44,190 nucleotides of DNA from positions 1 to 44,190 of the forward strand of contig CALRGO010000004.1 of NCBI GenBank assembly GCA_943357895.1, given 5' to 3'. The DNA comes from Parcubacteria group bacterium (GTDB taxonomy: Bacteria; Patescibacteriota; Minisyncoccia; UBA6257; UBA11618). Under the pieces are notes generated by a model. The model did not search any database. It was not told the DNA's origin and saw nothing but the letters and a program-made list of their open reading frames with translations. This document shows positions 9,309 to 18,576 of this stretch, piece by piece. A program made the position numbers and the translations under genes. How positions within the stretch are numbered: position 1 is the first letter of the stretch; each line of letters starts with the position of its first letter.

Positions 9309-11113
9309 TTAGCACAAAGGTCGTCATCATTACGGCATGCCTCGAATGCGTCGATCATTCTTTTTATTTTTAAGCCGTTTTGTAGCTCTTTTTCTATATC
9401 GCGGGTTACCGTTGTGCGGACAATGCCCGTTTCAATGCCTTGCTCGCGAATCCCTTTTAATTTATTAACAATTTTTGTGAGTAGTGTGGCGACGCGCTGA
9501 GATAAGTAGGTGGCTTCCGGCTCTACGGCTTTTACTGCGAGTATCTCTACAGGATCCACTTTTTCTTCTATTATTTTTGGCTCCGGTTCGGTTTCTAGGG
9601 TGAAATTATTTACCCATAATGCGTCGCCTGATATACGAGCCTCATCTATTTTTCCATTAAAGAAGGCGTCTCCTCCTCCGAGCTTTTCAGCTCCACTGAT
9701 ACTCACAGAAGCATTTTTATTAGCAATGCCTTTTGTGTATGCTTTTTTCCCTACTATAATGCCATTTTGAAATACGTACATGGAGGATCCATCATAAACT
9801 CCTGCTACGTGCACCCACGTATTAGATGGTATTGCTGTATCTCCGATTATACTCGTTTCTATTTGTGCGGCATCAGATAGATGTAATGTGAGATGGTTTG
9901 CTTCGTTGATAGTAAGAGCATATGAGCGATTATCTCCCGCCTCGTTCCATTTAGTTATAATTCCTTCTTGTGCAGTTGTGGGTGCTGTGCGATATATCCA
10001 TGCGTCTATAGTGAGAGGCCCAGTAATTCCTAAATTAATTTGTTCGTTGTCGTTAATAAAACGCTTACTATTTCCATTAAATTGAAGAGCTGTATTAAAT
10101 TTACCAGTTACGCTATAAACCGGCGTACCTTTTACTTGTGTTAAGTGGTTACGATTTTCTGATGAATCGATACTAGTGCCCATTGATTCATCGAGATGCC
10201 ACACCCCTCGTAATTTTTCTTTAGGAAGTAAGTCAAAGAGTTTTTCTTCAAGGCTTACGATTTTCGTGCCGTGTTGCGGGTTCCATTTTGCGGCGGCATC
10301 TATGGTCGTCCATGGCATAGGTTCGGCAAGCCACGAGGGGCTTGCTTTTTGGTCTGTCGTAAGGTCGTTGTAGGCAGCCATGATATCCATAATGTCTTTC
10401 AGGCGCTTTGCCGCACCGTCTTTCAGGGGGTTTAAGTAGTCCTCAAGCGACTGCTCTTTGCTTTGGGCGGGTACGTCTTCGAGCGCTTGGTAGAGCATGC
10501 CGATATCTTCTTGCCGTACCGCAGTATCGTTTGTAATGAGGTTGGCAATAAGAGATAGGTCGTTATTACTGCTGTATTTGCCGTTCGTCGCTAAGTACGC
10601 GTAGGTGCAGGCGTTATTGGCATATATACGGATGTTATTATACCAGCCGTATTTTCTGACCGTTTCCCCGTAGCCGGATTTTTCTACGTGCGCGAGGCAT
10701 TGGGATTCGATACGCTGTGCTAATTGCTCGTTCGCGCTTACGCCTCCTATGGCGGCTACGCCACCGGATGATCCGCTACCGGAAGATGGAATAATGCATG
10801 ATGTCCCGTTCCATCCGTATCCCATCTGCGCACACGTTTCTGCGGTGCATGATCCGTTTGGGCAGGTAGTGGACAGTGGCGTGCATGATTGAGTGGTGCT
10901 ATTCCATGTACCACCTTGAGAATTACAAAGCATGGCTTGATATTCGTCACAGGTCATATTGCCCATCATGCACGCTTGAGCAAGATTCGGGTTCGTTCCT
11001 TGCATCATCCTTTGCTTTTGCATTAAGGTATTGCGCGGTTGGATGACGACGACGAGTAAAACAGCAACGGTTGCCGCGAGTAATAACAAATATGAAATGG
11101 CGCGTTCGGTCAT
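9305..11113 (-). CDS. Membrane-anchored surface protein with a Cys-rich N-region and a LamG-like (concanavalin A-like lectin) jelly-roll domain
   Basis: 602 aa with an N-terminal TM helix and a Cys-rich stretch (CMMGNMTCDEY...CPNGSCTAETC). The LamG pattern reads LTIDAWIY...YALTINEANHLTLHLSD...NTWVHVAGVYDGSSMYVFQNG...FFNGKIDEARISGDAL. TAGAAT lies 6 nt upstream of the ATG. Confidence 0.7.
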   Translation of the reverse strand: MTERAISYLLLLAATVAVLLVVVIQPRNTLMQKQRMMQGTNPNLAQACMMGNMTCDEYQAMLCNSQGGTWNSTTQSCTPLSTTCPNGSCTAETCAQMGYGWNGTSCIIPSSGSGSSGGVAAIGGVSANEQLAQRIESQCLAHVEKSGYGETVRKYGWYNNIRIYANNACTYAYLATNGKYSSNNDLSLIANLITNDTAVRQEDIGMLYQALEDVPAQSKEQSLEDYLNPLKDGAAKRLKDIMDIMAAYNDLTTDQKASPSWLAEPMPWTTIDAAAKWNPQHGTKIVSLEEKLFDLLPKEKLRGVWHLDESMGTSIDSSENRNHLTQVKGTPVYSVTGKFNTALQFNGNSKRFINDNEQINLGITGPLTIDAWIYRTAPTTAQEGIITKWNEAGDNRSYALTINEANHLTLHLSDAAQIETSIIGDTAIPSNTWVHVAGVYDGSSMYVFQNGIIVGKKAYTKGIANKNASVSISGAEKLGGGDAFFNGKIDEARISGDALWVNNFTLETEPEPKIIEEKVDPVEILAVKAVEPEATYLSQRVATLLTKIVNKLKGIREQGIETGIVRTTVTRDIEKELQNGLKIKRMIDAFEACRNDDDLCAN

Positions 11114-11150
11114 AGGGTTATTCTACTATGGATGACACCGTGCGCGGAAG

Positions 11151-11912
11151 TTAATAACTTATCTTCCTGAGCCAGTAATCGTTTTCCCATTCCCATAATT
11201 TCTTCGCGCCCAAAAAAGCGGCGAAATCGTCTTTCCAATACGGGAATTCTTTAAGTTCTACGTGGCCGGTTACGGGGCCGAAGTCATGGGTACCTTCTTT
11301 GCACCTCTGATAGCCCATGGGCCGAGGGTAGGGGTCGCGGATTTTATCGCGGCCGCCCTTGCCGCGCAAGGTTGAGCCGCATTTCGTGCACGTTGCGCTT
11401 TGGTCTATGCGCATGATCCAGCGCGTCTGTAAGTTTTGCGCGCGGAGCGTATCCATATAAGCGGCGGTTTGCAGGTTGTAGTCGCGGTAGATGGAAAGCG
11501 ATGTTTTAATGTCCAAGATGCCGAACTTGCCGCCGATTAAGGCGAGGGTATCGATAGTGCCCGCATAGCGGTGCTCGTAATTAACCACGCGCCGTTCTAC
11601 AAAGGCGGGGTCAACGTAAATTTTATTCGTTTTGATAAATTCTACGGCCGCGTTTATGGCGGGAGCGATAGATGCGTCTATGGGGGGATTTTGTCCTATG
11701 AGTATTGCCTCGAACGCTTCGTGTATGAGCGTGCCCTCGCTTGCGGACTTGGCTTTTATTTCTTCGCCTTCTTCAAAGCCGACTTCAGCGTAGAACTTGT
11801 AGAGTTGAGGCTTTGCCTTTATCTCCATGATTTTCGTCACACGCGGATACCACGTGCCGTCTATCATGTAGCCACAATCCTCTTTAAATTTTTCCACATT
11901 TTCGTAGCGCAT
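11151..11912 (-). CDS. PD-(D/E)XK (RecB/Cas4-like fold) nuclease family protein with a Zn-ribbon-like insert
   Basis: Motifs seen are GTLIHEAFE, YAGTIDTLA...GILDIKTS (D..D-x-K) and LQTAAY (QxxxY). An inserted CTKCGS...CKEGTH segment is present. Confidence 0.6.
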   Translation of the reverse strand: MRYENVEKFKEDCGYMIDGTWYPRVTKIMEIKAKPQLYKFYAEVGFEEGEEIKAKSASEGTLIHEAFEAILIGQNPPIDASIAPAINAAVEFIKTNKIYVDPAFVERRVVNYEHRYAGTIDTLALIGGKFGILDIKTSLSIYRDYNLQTAAYMDTLRAQNLQTRWIMRIDQSATCTKCGSTLRGKGGRDKIRDPYPRPMGYQRCKEGTHDFGPVTGHVELKEFPYWKDDFAAFLGAKKLWEWENDYWLRKISY

Positions 11913-11989
11913 ATATGTATACAGCCTATCATTATCGTGCAGGGGAGGGGAGTATTGCTATTTTATCTTTTTTAAAGCATATTCACGGT

Positions 11990-13102
11990 ATGAAAAAACA
12001 CTCTTACGTAACGGATATTGCTCTTGTGGTAGGGCTTTTAGTTTTTATCGCGGCGCCGAGTTTCGCCGTAACTATGCCGAATATAGGCGCGGCGGCGGGA
12101 TACGCGATCCTCGACAGCGCAACGGCTAACACGCAGGCGAAGGCAGACGCGCAAAACGCCTATAACCAGATTTTGGCTATGGCATGCACGAAAGACATGA
12201 CCGACGTCAATCTTAATAACCAAATTCTTACCGCTGGTGTTTATTGCTTCGGTACGCCGACGTTCTTGCAGGGTCAAGTGCTTTTCGACGCGAAGGGCGA
12301 TACGAACGCCGTATTCGTGATGAAGATGGCGAGCCGCTTCGACGCATGGCCGGATTCCACTGTTGTGCTTTTAAACGGTGCGCAACCCCAAAATATTTTT
12401 TGGCTCGCGGGTGGTGCGGCAACGCTTGGCACGTCGGTTAATTTTGCGGGTACGGTAATCACCATGGCGCCGATTGCGTTCGGTCGCGGGGGAGACGCGC
12501 CAGTATTCGATGAGCACGGCATGGTAAACGGCCGGTTGTGGTCGGTGGGGAATACGGTAACAGTACCGAGTCGCGTAACAGTCGGCTTTATGGCTCCGGT
12601 CGGTAATGCGTATGTTGTTCCGCAGGCGACTCAGCCGCAGTATATAGCACCACAGCAACCGACAGGCGCCTTACTTTCGGTGATAGTCAACGAGCCCGGC
12701 GTCATTCCGTTTGTAAACGGAACGCGTGTCGTAAGCGGCATGAAGACGCCGTTTGCCGCAGGTACGTACACGGTAAGCGAAATCAACACTTCGGGGACGG
12801 ATTACGGCACACCAACGTTCTCGGGTAGCTGTACGCAAAACGGCCTTACGGGTACTATCACTCTCAACGCAGGGGATGATAAGGTGTGCGTTATAAACAA
12901 TACGCCGGTTGCGGTGTGGTCAGCGCCTGCTATTGCTGCTGCATGTAAGGGGAGTGCCTGCAGGCCTACAATGCCTAATACGGGCCGCAGTGCCGGTACG
13001 GCCTTCGGTGATCTCTATATACCGACACTTAATATGATCGGGCTTATACTCGTCCTCGGATTCGTATGGAACGAAGCTTCGTCCGGAAGGCGCTCCTCGT
13101 AA
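11990..13102 (+). CDS. Cell-surface ice-binding-like (DUF3494) protein with a C-terminal sortase sorting signal (MPNTG + TM + basic tail)
   Basis: The signal peptide MKKHSYVTDIALVVGLLVFIAAPSFA starts at ATG 11990. The DUF3494-like core reads LTAGVYCFGTP...LFDAKGDTNAVFVMKM...NGAQPQNIFWLAGGAATLGTSVNFAGTVI. The C-terminus reads PTMPNTGRSAG...LILVLGFVWNEASSGRRSS. Confidence 0.7.
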   Translation: MKKHSYVTDIALVVGLLVFIAAPSFAVTMPNIGAAAGYAILDSATANTQAKADAQNAYNQILAMACTKDMTDVNLNNQILTAGVYCFGTPTFLQGQVLFDAKGDTNAVFVMKMASRFDAWPDSTVVLLNGAQPQNIFWLAGGAATLGTSVNFAGTVITMAPIAFGRGGDAPVFDEHGMVNGRLWSVGNTVTVPSRVTVGFMAPVGNAYVVPQATQPQYIAPQQPTGALLSVIVNEPGVIPFVNGTRVVSGMKTPFAAGTYTVSEINTSGTDYGTPTFSGSCTQNGLTGTITLNAGDDKVCVINNTPVAVWSAPAIAAACKGSACRPTMPNTGRSAGTAFGDLYIPTLNMIGLILVLGFVWNEASSGRRSS

Positions 13103-13641
13103 GCGCGGTAGGATATATTGCAATTGCTGCTTTCGTTTTTTGGAACGAGGGGGGGTTAACCGCTTCCTCCCCTGCCGTTTTTTTGAAAACCGAGCGAGGG
13201 GAGGGTGGGTGGCTTTTAATACCTAAGATTGGTGTGGATGCGAAAATACAGACGGTCGGTACGACGCCATCCGGATCCATCGGTATACCGTCGAACGCTA
13301 AGGACGTTGCGTGGTTCGCCGGGTCTTCGCCTATAGCCACGGCCGGTACGGCCGTCGTGGTGGGGCATGTGGATACCCGCGTATTCGGTGCCGGCGTATT
13401 TCGGGGTCTAAAGGGGTTAGCTAAGGGGGATGTTATATATACGTCCATAGATGGTCGTATAAGCCGTTTTACGGTGACGGGGTATGCGGTGTATCCAGAG
13501 GGCACAGACCGCATGGACGAGGTTATAGGCACGCGAACAGGGAGTGCACGGCTTGTGCTTATTACCTGCGACGGTAGGTGGGATCAGTCTGTTAAGAGAT
13601 ACACCGACCGCTTAGTGGTATTTGCCGATAGAGAAGCTTAG
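13066..13641 (+). CDS. Sortase (class E/F-like transpeptidase)
   Basis: It has an N-terminal TM helix, LLIPKIGVDA, a catalytic His (VVVGHVD), a catalytic Cys in LVLITCDG, and Arg in YTDRLVVFA. It overlaps the 3' end of its putative substrate gene by 37 nt. Confidence 0.8.
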   Translation: MERSFVRKALLVSAVGYIAIAAFVFWNEGGLTASSPAVFLKTERGEGGWLLIPKIGVDAKIQTVGTTPSGSIGIPSNAKDVAWFAGSSPIATAGTAVVVGHVDTRVFGAGVFRGLKGLAKGDVIYTSIDGRISRFTVTGYAVYPEGTDRMDEVIGTRTGSARLVLITCDGRWDQSVKRYTDRLVVFADREA

Positions 13642-13693
13642 GATATTATCTGTCGTATAATATATCTTTTACGACACTATGGCGCAAAGCTTC

Positions 13694-13730
13694 CTTTTAC
13701 GACGAGTAAATCATCGTAAAAGTTTTCTTC
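13694..13730 (+). terminator. Rho-independent terminator downstream of the sortase gene
   Basis: A 9-bp stem pairs CTTTTACGA (13694-13702) with TCGTAAAAG (13714-13722), followed by TTTTCTTCTC. Confidence 0.5.
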
Positions 13731-13752
13731 TCTCTGAACATAATTTTATCTT

Positions 13753-14994
13753 TTAAAGATACGGCTGCGGGTCCATGTCACCACCTGATGGCATCGGGCC
13801 GCAGGTGCGGCTACCGCGCATAGAAAACGTCGTGCCGTCGTATACGGTAAAGTGTAGGTGCGTACCGGACGAATAGCCGGTGTTTCCCATATAGCCAATA
13901 ATTTCGCCCCGCATCACGCGTTGACCTGTTGTCACGTTCAATTTAGACATATGGGCGTAGAGCGTCACGAGGTTGTTAGGGTGCTTAATTACCACAAACT
14001 TGCCGTACGCGCCGCGCCTGCAGTATAAGTCTTGGTTGCCCGCCGCAAGCACCGTCCCCTCCTCTGCTGCGGTTATCACCGATCCGGTAGCGCCGCCGAT
14101 GTCTATCCCGTTGTGCCACTTCCCCCTATAACCACCGCTTAAGGCAAACGAAGTGCCGCCGTAGCCTTGGGTCATGCGTGCGCTCTCAGGTGCGGGCCAG
14201 TTAAGTACGCCCTTACGCTTCGTCGGCACGGCGTTAGGGTCGATCTTTAAGCGTAGGGCCGCATCCATAGCTTCTATTTCGAATGCAATTTCGGCTTGGC
14301 GTTTTGCAAGCTCCGCCGCGAGCTCTTGGTATGTTTTTTCCTTATTCTTTGTTACGGCAAGAATTTCTTGCTGTTCTTTTTTCTTGTCTTCCACTACAGA
14401 TTTGCGGGCAGTGAGTGTGGTGTATTCGCCCTCCACAGCAGTCTTTTTAACAGCGGTGGCTTTTAGCTTGCCTTGCCGTTCGTCATTTAAATCTTTAAGT
14501 TCGGTTGTTGCTTGCGTGAGATCTTCGTTTATTTCGGTGAGGCGTGATTGCTCATCTACCGCCTTGCTGAGGGTTGGATTTTTTAAAAAAACGAGAAGCG
14601 GGTCGGTGTCATCCAATAACTGGACTTCTTTCAGTATATTTTCCGTTGCTGTGGTTTTGACGCTTATTTGCCGGTCAGTCTCTTTAATCGCTTGCGCGAG
14701 GCTGGTAATCTCTAGGTTAAGCTTGCTGATTTTTACGGTGTTCGACTTCATGCCGAGGTCGAGCTGTTTAATGCTTTTTTGGATTTGTGTGAGTTCGCTC
14801 GTGAGCGTTCGCTTTTCTTCTTGCGTTTCGCTTAAGTTTTTTTGCGTTTCTTCGAGCTTGCGCTGAATTTCTAAAAGCTCCTTTGATTTTTCTTGTATTG
14901 CCGCGCTTATTTGCTCGGGCGGTAATTCGCCCTGCGCAAAAAACGGCAGGATTAAAAACGGTAGGATGGCGAGCGTGTATAGGCTATTACGCAT
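13753..14994 (-). CDS. M23 family metallopeptidase with long N-terminal coiled coil (EnvC-like murein hydrolase)
   Basis: 413 aa with a signal peptide and an extended coiled coil. The C-terminal LytM motifs are HNGIDIGG and YAHMS...GNTGYSSGTHLHF. Confidence 0.85.
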   Translation of the reverse strand: MRNSLYTLAILPFLILPFFAQGELPPEQISAAIQEKSKELLEIQRKLEETQKNLSETQEEKRTLTSELTQIQKSIKQLDLGMKSNTVKISKLNLEITSLAQAIKETDRQISVKTTATENILKEVQLLDDTDPLLVFLKNPTLSKAVDEQSRLTEINEDLTQATTELKDLNDERQGKLKATAVKKTAVEGEYTTLTARKSVVEDKKKEQQEILAVTKNKEKTYQELAAELAKRQAEIAFEIEAMDAALRLKIDPNAVPTKRKGVLNWPAPESARMTQGYGGTSFALSGGYRGKWHNGIDIGGATGSVITAAEEGTVLAAGNQDLYCRRGAYGKFVVIKHPNNLVTLYAHMSKLNVTTGQRVMRGEIIGYMGNTGYSSGTHLHFTVYDGTTFSMRGSRTCGPMPSGGDMDPQPYL

Positions 14995-16336
14995 ACGAAG
15001 CGAGTTTTCCGAGCGCGTGTTCTATGCGCTTAAGCGATTCCTCCTTACCTAAGACGTGTAATAGCTCTATGGGGCTCGGCGATTCTTTTTGTCCGGAGAG
15101 CGCTACGCGGAGCGGCCAGTACGTTTCACCTTTACCGTATTTTTCCCCAAGTGCGGGGATATCGGCGCTGTGGCCTACGCCGATAGCGTCTGCGCATCGC
15201 CTAAGCGAGGCGCTTATTTCTTCCGTTGCCATTTCTTTCCACGCAAGGAGCGCTGTATTGTATTCCGGTAGATGAAAGAAAATAGCCCCCTGCGTTTCAA
15301 AATCTTTTAATGTTTGTGTACGGCTCTTTACGAGTGCGATTATCCGTACGTTCATATCGTTTGGCTCCCAACCGATCTTTATGGCAATTTCTTCGTCCGT
15401 CATCTTCTTTATATAGTGCGCGTTCATCCAGTTGAGCTTGTCGAGCGAGAATACCGCGCCAGCTTTTTGTACGCGCTCTAAGCTAAACGCTTCTGCGAGT
15501 TCTATGGGTGTAAACATTTCGCGGTCGTCTACGGGGTGCCAGCCTAAGAGGGCAAGAAAATTAACCATAGCCTCCGGCAGGTAGCCCGCGTCCGCATACT
15601 CCTTAAGCGCGGTTGCGGAATTACGCTTAGACATTTTTGTGCGGTCCGCGTCGAGGATGAGCGGGATATGGCCATAGTGCGGGTGTTTAAAACCGAGCGC
15701 TTCTTGGATCGCCAGTTGCTTGGGGGTGTTTGGAATGCCGTCCTCGCCGCGGATTACGTGCGTTATCGCCATCTCGTGGTCGTCCACGACGACGGCAAAG
15801 TTATATAAGGGGCTCTTGATGCTTTTGGCGATTACAATATCGCCTGCGAGCGCCATATTGAATTCGATTTTACCGCGCACGAGGTCGGTAAACGAAAACA
15901 CGCGCTCCGGCATTACGAAACGGATTACAGCATTTGTACCTTCTGCAACTTTTTTGTCGCGGCAATGCCCGTCGTATTTAGGGGCGATACCCGCCTCCAT
16001 CATGTTCTTACGTTTCGCTTCTAAGTCTTCTTTCGTGCAGTTACACCAATAGGCATTTCCATTAGCGAGTAATTGCCGCAAATAGCCTTCATATATATGC
16101 AGGCGTTCGCTTTGGCGCACCGGCCCTTCGTCCCATGTAAGGCCGAGCCATTTCAGCTGGTCAATAATGTCTTTTTCAAATTCCGGCTTGGACCGTTCCG
16201 TGTCCGTGTCCTCGATGCGCAATACAAGCGTGCCGCCGTACTTTTTAGCGTAGAGCCAGTTAAAAAGAGCCGTCCGAGCGGTGCCGATATGCAGATTCCC
16301 CGTTGGTGATGGCGCCATGCGTACGCGTACGTTCAT
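14987..16336 (-). CDS. gltX: Glutamyl-tRNA synthetase
   Basis: It carries the class I HIGH-type motif (RMAPSPTGNLHIGTARTALFN) and KMSKR. Confidence 0.93.
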   Translation of the reverse strand: MNVRVRMAPSPTGNLHIGTARTALFNWLYAKKYGGTLVLRIEDTDTERSKPEFEKDIIDQLKWLGLTWDEGPVRQSERLHIYEGYLRQLLANGNAYWCNCTKEDLEAKRKNMMEAGIAPKYDGHCRDKKVAEGTNAVIRFVMPERVFSFTDLVRGKIEFNMALAGDIVIAKSIKSPLYNFAVVVDDHEMAITHVIRGEDGIPNTPKQLAIQEALGFKHPHYGHIPLILDADRTKMSKRNSATALKEYADAGYLPEAMVNFLALLGWHPVDDREMFTPIELAEAFSLERVQKAGAVFSLDKLNWMNAHYIKKMTDEEIAIKIGWEPNDMNVRIIALVKSRTQTLKDFETQGAIFFHLPEYNTALLAWKEMATEEISASLRRCADAIGVGHSADIPALGEKYGKGETYWPLRVALSGQKESPSPIELLHVLGKEESLKRIEHALGKLASYA

Positions 16337-16367
16337 GAGATATAGCCTAGCACCGATACAACCTCTT

Positions 16368-17462
16368 TTAAAGGCTTAGAATATCTTTTGTTATGCGTTC
16401 CGTAGCGTCAGTCGGGGCGAAGGCGCGGGCGGCGGCAGACATTGCCGTATGAGCTTCTTTTTGAGTTATTTTTTTAAGTTCTGTGATGACGATAGTTCCC
16501 AAGAGATTCGCTTCTTCTACGACAATTGCCGCGCCAGTTTTGGCGTAGGCATAGGCATTTACCCGTTGGTGGTCGTGTGCAGCTTCGGGTAGTGGTATAA
16601 GGACGGCAGGGATACCAAACGCCGCGAGTTCGAATAATGCCGAGCCGCTACGAGAAAGCGCGCAGTCCGCGGCGCGGTACGCCGTACCCATTTTGTTTTC
16701 GAGGTAGGCGTAGGGGTGGTAGCGGTTACGCAGTTCCATAGTGAGGGCTGATTTTGCCGTCTCGTAGAGCCGCATATGGCTTTCGTAATTAACGGACCCC
16801 GTTTGGTGGATTATTTGGAACTTCGTGAGAAGCGCTACGAGGTTTTCCAAAATAAAGTTATTAATACGTTCCGATCCCTGCGAGCCGCCTATTATGAGCA
16901 GTACGGGCAGGCCGTCTGGCTCGCACGCCATAGTAATTTTTGCGTCGTGCATACTCTCTTTACTATCCCTAAGCGCGCTGCGCAATGGGATGCCGACGCG
17001 ATGCACTTCTTTATTGGGGAAAAATACTCGCGCTTCGTCCCATGCCACCTCGACTATCTTCGCCCACTTCCCTGTTACGCGGCTTGTGAGCCCTGCTACG
17101 CTGTCGGATTCGTGGATAATAATCGGTACGCCATACACACGGCAGGCAAAAAGTACGGGTAGTGCCCCTGGCCCGCCTTTAGAAAACGCCGCGTGCGGCC
17201 AAAAAAAACCCACTTTAATAAGCGCCTGTAATATGCTGTATATAAACTTTATGCCATCAACGGCGTTTAATAACGAAAAATAGCGGCGCATCTTAGCCTT
17301 CGCAATACCAGATATGGGAATACCCGCATTCAGCATATACGTACTCCATGCGTCTTTGGGGCCGAAATAGCGCAGGTTGTTCCCCTGTAGTTTTTCGGCA
17401 ACGGCTAATAAGGGGTAGATATGCCCGCCGGAGCCTCCGCCGGTAAGTAATATGCGTTTCAT
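16368..17462 (-). CDS. murG: UDP-GlcNAc--lipid I N-acetylglucosaminyltransferase MurG
   Basis: It has GGGSGGHIYPLLAVA, GGSQGS, and sits next to ftsW in dcw context. Confidence 0.9.
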   Translation of the reverse strand: MKRILLTGGGSGGHIYPLLAVAEKLQGNNLRYFGPKDAWSTYMLNAGIPISGIAKAKMRRYFSLLNAVDGIKFIYSILQALIKVGFFWPHAAFSKGGPGALPVLFACRVYGVPIIIHESDSVAGLTSRVTGKWAKIVEVAWDEARVFFPNKEVHRVGIPLRSALRDSKESMHDAKITMACEPDGLPVLLIIGGSQGSERINNFILENLVALLTKFQIIHQTGSVNYESHMRLYETAKSALTMELRNRYHPYAYLENKMGTAYRAADCALSRSGSALFELAAFGIPAVLIPLPEAAHDHQRVNAYAYAKTGAAIVVEEANLLGTIVITELKKITQKEAHTAMSAAARAFAPTDATERITKDILSL

Positions 17463-17469
17463 AGCCTAA

Positions 17470-18576
17470 TTAATCGTTGTGTTTTGAAATGTTGTTAATT
17501 ATGCCTAATATCCCCATAAAAACAACGAGGGCGGAGGAGCCGTAGCTTATGAAGGGTAGGGCAATGCCCGTGGAGGGTATAAGGCCGGAAATAGCGCCGA
17601 TATTTACAAACGACTGCACGGCGATAAGCGAACCAAACCCTATAAGTAAAAGGTGGCCGAATCGGTCGCGCGTTTCGTGCGCCACAATGAATATGCGTAC
17701 GACGAGCGCAAGAATAAGCCCCAAGAGCGCCACTGATCCCACAAAGCCCGTCTCCTCCCCCACTACCGCGAATATCGAGTCACCTAAGGGTTCGGGTAAC
17801 GAATTTATTTTAGTCGTTGATTCACCGTAGCCCACGCCCCATATGCCGCCCGCCCCAATTGCCATCTTAGCTTGGCTTACTTGATAGCCACTTCCTTGCG
17901 CGGTGCGTTCGGGGTGCATAAATGCTTCGATGCGCGCCATGCGGTACGGCGCCATCCATATTGCTATAGCAAGTCCTGTGGCGACTATTGCGCCGGTTAG
18001 TATCAGGTGCATCATGCGAGCGCCGCTTACGATATACATTAAGGTTGCAACTACACCAATTAAGAGTGCGGTCGAAGTAGCGGGTTGTTTTAAAAGAAGT
18101 CCCATTGCAATGCCGAGTATTACGAGAAATGCTACAAAGCCTTTATTGGAATGCCGGTCGCGCGCCTTGGGCGAGGTAAGCCATGCGGCAAGATAGAGTA
18201 TAAAAAAAAGTTTAAGAGGTTCGGAAGGTTGGAATGTTAGGGGGCCAATTTGCACCCAGCGTGCAGCACCTTTTGCCGTGAATGCTAAGGGCGTAAGCGT
18301 AAGCCCTAAGAGGAGGATACCAAAAAGCATGCCAATTACGGCTAACTTTTCATACCGCTTATAGTAGATTCCCGAAAGGATAAGAAAAAGGACGGTGCCG
18401 GGGAGCACGCCGTAGAGAAGTTGGTGTGTGACGTAATAAAGCGTGGTGCCGGTTTGCATTTGGCTTAGGTTCGACGAGGCGGATGAAAGCATTGCCATGC
18501 CGAACGTGATAAGTAACACACCAAGCACTATGATGACGTAATCGCTGCCGCGGGATTTAATTATAGATTGGCGCAT
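17470..18576 (-). CDS. ftsW: SEDS-family peptidoglycan polymerase FtsW (RodA also possible)
   Basis: 368 aa polytopic membrane protein with SEDS motifs (PSEPLKLFFILYLA, TDSIFAVVGEETGF, SYGSSALV). Placement beside murG favours FtsW. Confidence 0.85.
   Translation of the reverse strand: MRQSIIKSRGSDYVIIVLGVLLITFGMAMLSSASSNLSQMQTGTTLYYVTHQLLYGVLPGTVLFLILSGIYYKRYEKLAVIGMLFGILLLGLTLTPLAFTAKGAARWVQIGPLTFQPSEPLKLFFILYLAAWLTSPKARDRHSNKGFVAFLVILGIAMGLLLKQPATSTALLIGVVATLMYIVSGARMMHLILTGAIVATGLAIAIWMAPYRMARIEAFMHPERTAQGSGYQVSQAKMAIGAGGIWGVGYGESTTKINSLPEPLGDSIFAVVGEETGFVGSVALLGLILALVVRIFIVAHETRDRFGHLLLIGFGSLIAVQSFVNIGAISGLIPSTGIALPFISYGSSALVVFMGILGIINNISKHND

Noticed and set aside
14174-14866. 230-aa plus-strand ORF inside the M23 peptidase gene
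   Set aside because: It is a Ser/Cys/Phe-rich low-complexity product antisense to a coiled-coil-coding region, a typical shadow ORF. The minus-strand M23 gene has clear motifs.
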